Shown here piece by piece: positions 43,402-44,585 of a DNA stretch of 44,585 nucleotides. Location: the IMG/VR virus record IMGVR_UViG_3300012971_000011, positions 1-44,585 of that record. The stretch is one strand, 5' to 3'. Under the pieces are notes generated by a model. It was given only the letters and a program-made list of their open reading frames with translations. It was not told the DNA's origin and did no database searches. A program made the position numbers and the translations under genes. Source of the stretch: a virus (lineage: Duplodnaviria; Caudoviricetes). Within the stretch, counting starts at the first letter, position 1; every line of letters starts with the position of its first letter.

Positions 43402-44132
43402 GTGAGTTGAATCACCTGGAGCTGGGCGAAGGCCCAGGTGAGCTGGACGGTCGCGTTGGTGGTCGTCATGGTGGCTGCGAGGTCCCAGCGGTAGGCGCCG
43501 ACCGGCGCGGGGGGCTTCGCGACCCGCAGGATGGTGATCGGGACGTAGAAGAAGCCAGACTTGGTCAAGGTATAGGCGAGGTTTCTAGACTGCTGCAATT
43601 GACCAGGAGGGTCGCCCCGGAAGAGGCCGACGTTCCAGGCGACCGGCTGGCTGGTCCCCGGGTCCGCGTTTAACCCCACTTGGAAGGAGATGTTCCCGAT
43701 GATGAGGGACCAGCGCGCGGGGTCCTCGGTCGAGTCGGTGGCGACCGTGCAGAGCTGCTGCTGCGTCGTGACGGTCGCGTTCACGGTCCCGTTGGCGACC
43801 GTGCCGATCCAGGCGCCCTCGACGGCTGCCGCCTGGGCGAGCATGCCCTGGGGGATCAGGTGCGGGGGCGCGATCAGCGAGCTGCCGATGGTCAGGTTGG
43901 CGATCGTGGCGGCGCCGAGATTCGCGCCCGGGGCGGTGATGTTGCCGGAGGAGAGCGTGCCGGCGACGGACGCGTTGCCGGTGACGTCGAGATTGCCTTG
44001 GACCTGGAGGTCGCCCGGGATGATCGTCGCGGTGGCCAGCACGCCCGCGAGCGCGTCGATCTTCGCCCAGTTGGCGTTGACACGCGCGTCGTCGGTGAGC
44101 GTGAGATGGAGGTTAGGCGTCTCGTCCGGCAC
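43398..44132 (-). CDS. Short fibre/spike-like paralogue (244 aa)
   Basis: MPDETPNLHLTLTDDARVNANWAKID; IPGDLQVQG also seen as IPGDLSVAG in 2859-3554. Confidence 0.65.
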   Translation of the reverse strand: MPDETPNLHLTLTDDARVNANWAKIDALAGVLATATIIPGDLQVQGNLDVTGNASVAGTLSSGNITAPGANLGAATIANLTIGSSLIAPPHLIPQGMLAQAAAVEGAWIGTVANGTVNATVTTQQQLCTVATDSTEDPARWSLIIGNISFQVGLNADPGTSQPVAWNVGLFRGDPPGQLQQSRNLAYTLTKSGFFYVPITILRVAKPPAPVGAYRWDLAATMTTTNATVQLTWAFAQLQVIQLT

Positions 44133-44328
44133 TCGCGTCTCCGTTCGTCACCGGGGGGGGCTCGGCGGCGGGCTCCTCGCGGAGGAGGTCTTCCAGGGCG
44201 AGGATGGCGCCTTCCAGTTGGGACGTGCCCATCTTCGCGAGGTCGAGGGCGCGCTCCAGCTCGGCGACCCGGCCCTTCTGGGTCTGGAGCTGGGTGCGGT
44301 AGGTTTCGAGTTTCGTCTGGATGTCCAT
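44113..44328 (-). CDS. Small coiled-coil protein (possible fibre chaperone)
   Basis: MDIQTKLETYRTQLQ..QLEGAILALEDL. Confidence 0.55.
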   Translation of the reverse strand: MDIQTKLETYRTQLQTQKGRVAELERALDLAKMGTSQLEGAILALEDLLREEPAAEPPPVTNGDASAGRDA

Positions 44329-44528
44329 CAAGCGGTCTTCGCTTTCCACGCGTCGCGGCACGCGTCCGAGCAGCATTCGAGGACAACCATCTCATCGTCC
44401 TGCGTGACGACGGGGAGATTGCCCGTCTGCGGAGAAGGGCCAGCGATGTATCGGGCGTGCGTGATCTGGATGCGCGCCCAGTCGGTTGGGTCGTCGGTCG
44501 TCTTCTGGCACATGGTACAAGTGTACAT
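44328..44528 (-). CDS. Small Cys-rich protein (66 aa)
   Basis: CTMC..CCSDAC; start abuts the long-fibre stop across the circular junction. Confidence 0.6.
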   Translation of the reverse strand: MYTCTMCQKTTDDPTDWARIQITHARYIAGPSPQTGNLPVVTQDDEMVVLECCSDACRDAWKAKTA

Positions 44529-44585
44529 TTAACCTACCTCAAAGATATTCATATTGCTGACGTCGCTCGCAGCTTGTACGGACGC

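Noticed and set aside
44463-44585. 123-bp terminal repeat as a biological direct terminal repeat
   Set aside because: It falls across two coding genes and has the size of an assembler overlap; it indicates circularity only.

Overview
The window is an apparently complete circular genome (about 44,462 bp; bases 1-123 recur at 44463-44585) of a GC-rich, podovirus-like dsDNA phage. A non-coding, repeat-rich control region (about 12.9-13.8 kb) separates two divergent arms. The + arm (13.8-29.0 kb) carries many small early genes behind a family of near-identical promoters. These are followed by a Cas4-like nuclease, AAA ATPase, HNH, RHH protein, SSB, a UDG-fused family A DNA polymerase and a DUF3987-type helicase. 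The - arm carries packaging, lysis, tail-fibre, portal, scaffold, N4-gp56-like capsid, tail and ejection genes. I recognise no integrase, primase, tRNA, reverse transcriptase or CRISPR array. The most unusual feature is a terminase large subunit split into an ATPase gene and a lid+nuclease gene, 4.3 kb apart with about 13 genes (including lysis) between them; the ATPase gene is flanked by two structured non-coding elements. Other oddities are about 20 copies of a GCGTKTAMACGC palindrome, recurring CpG-poor TA-rich patches inside genes, two stand-alone KOW proteins, a dispersed family of fibre paralogues and a parS-like site. All protein calls come from motif recognition by eye, not database searches.
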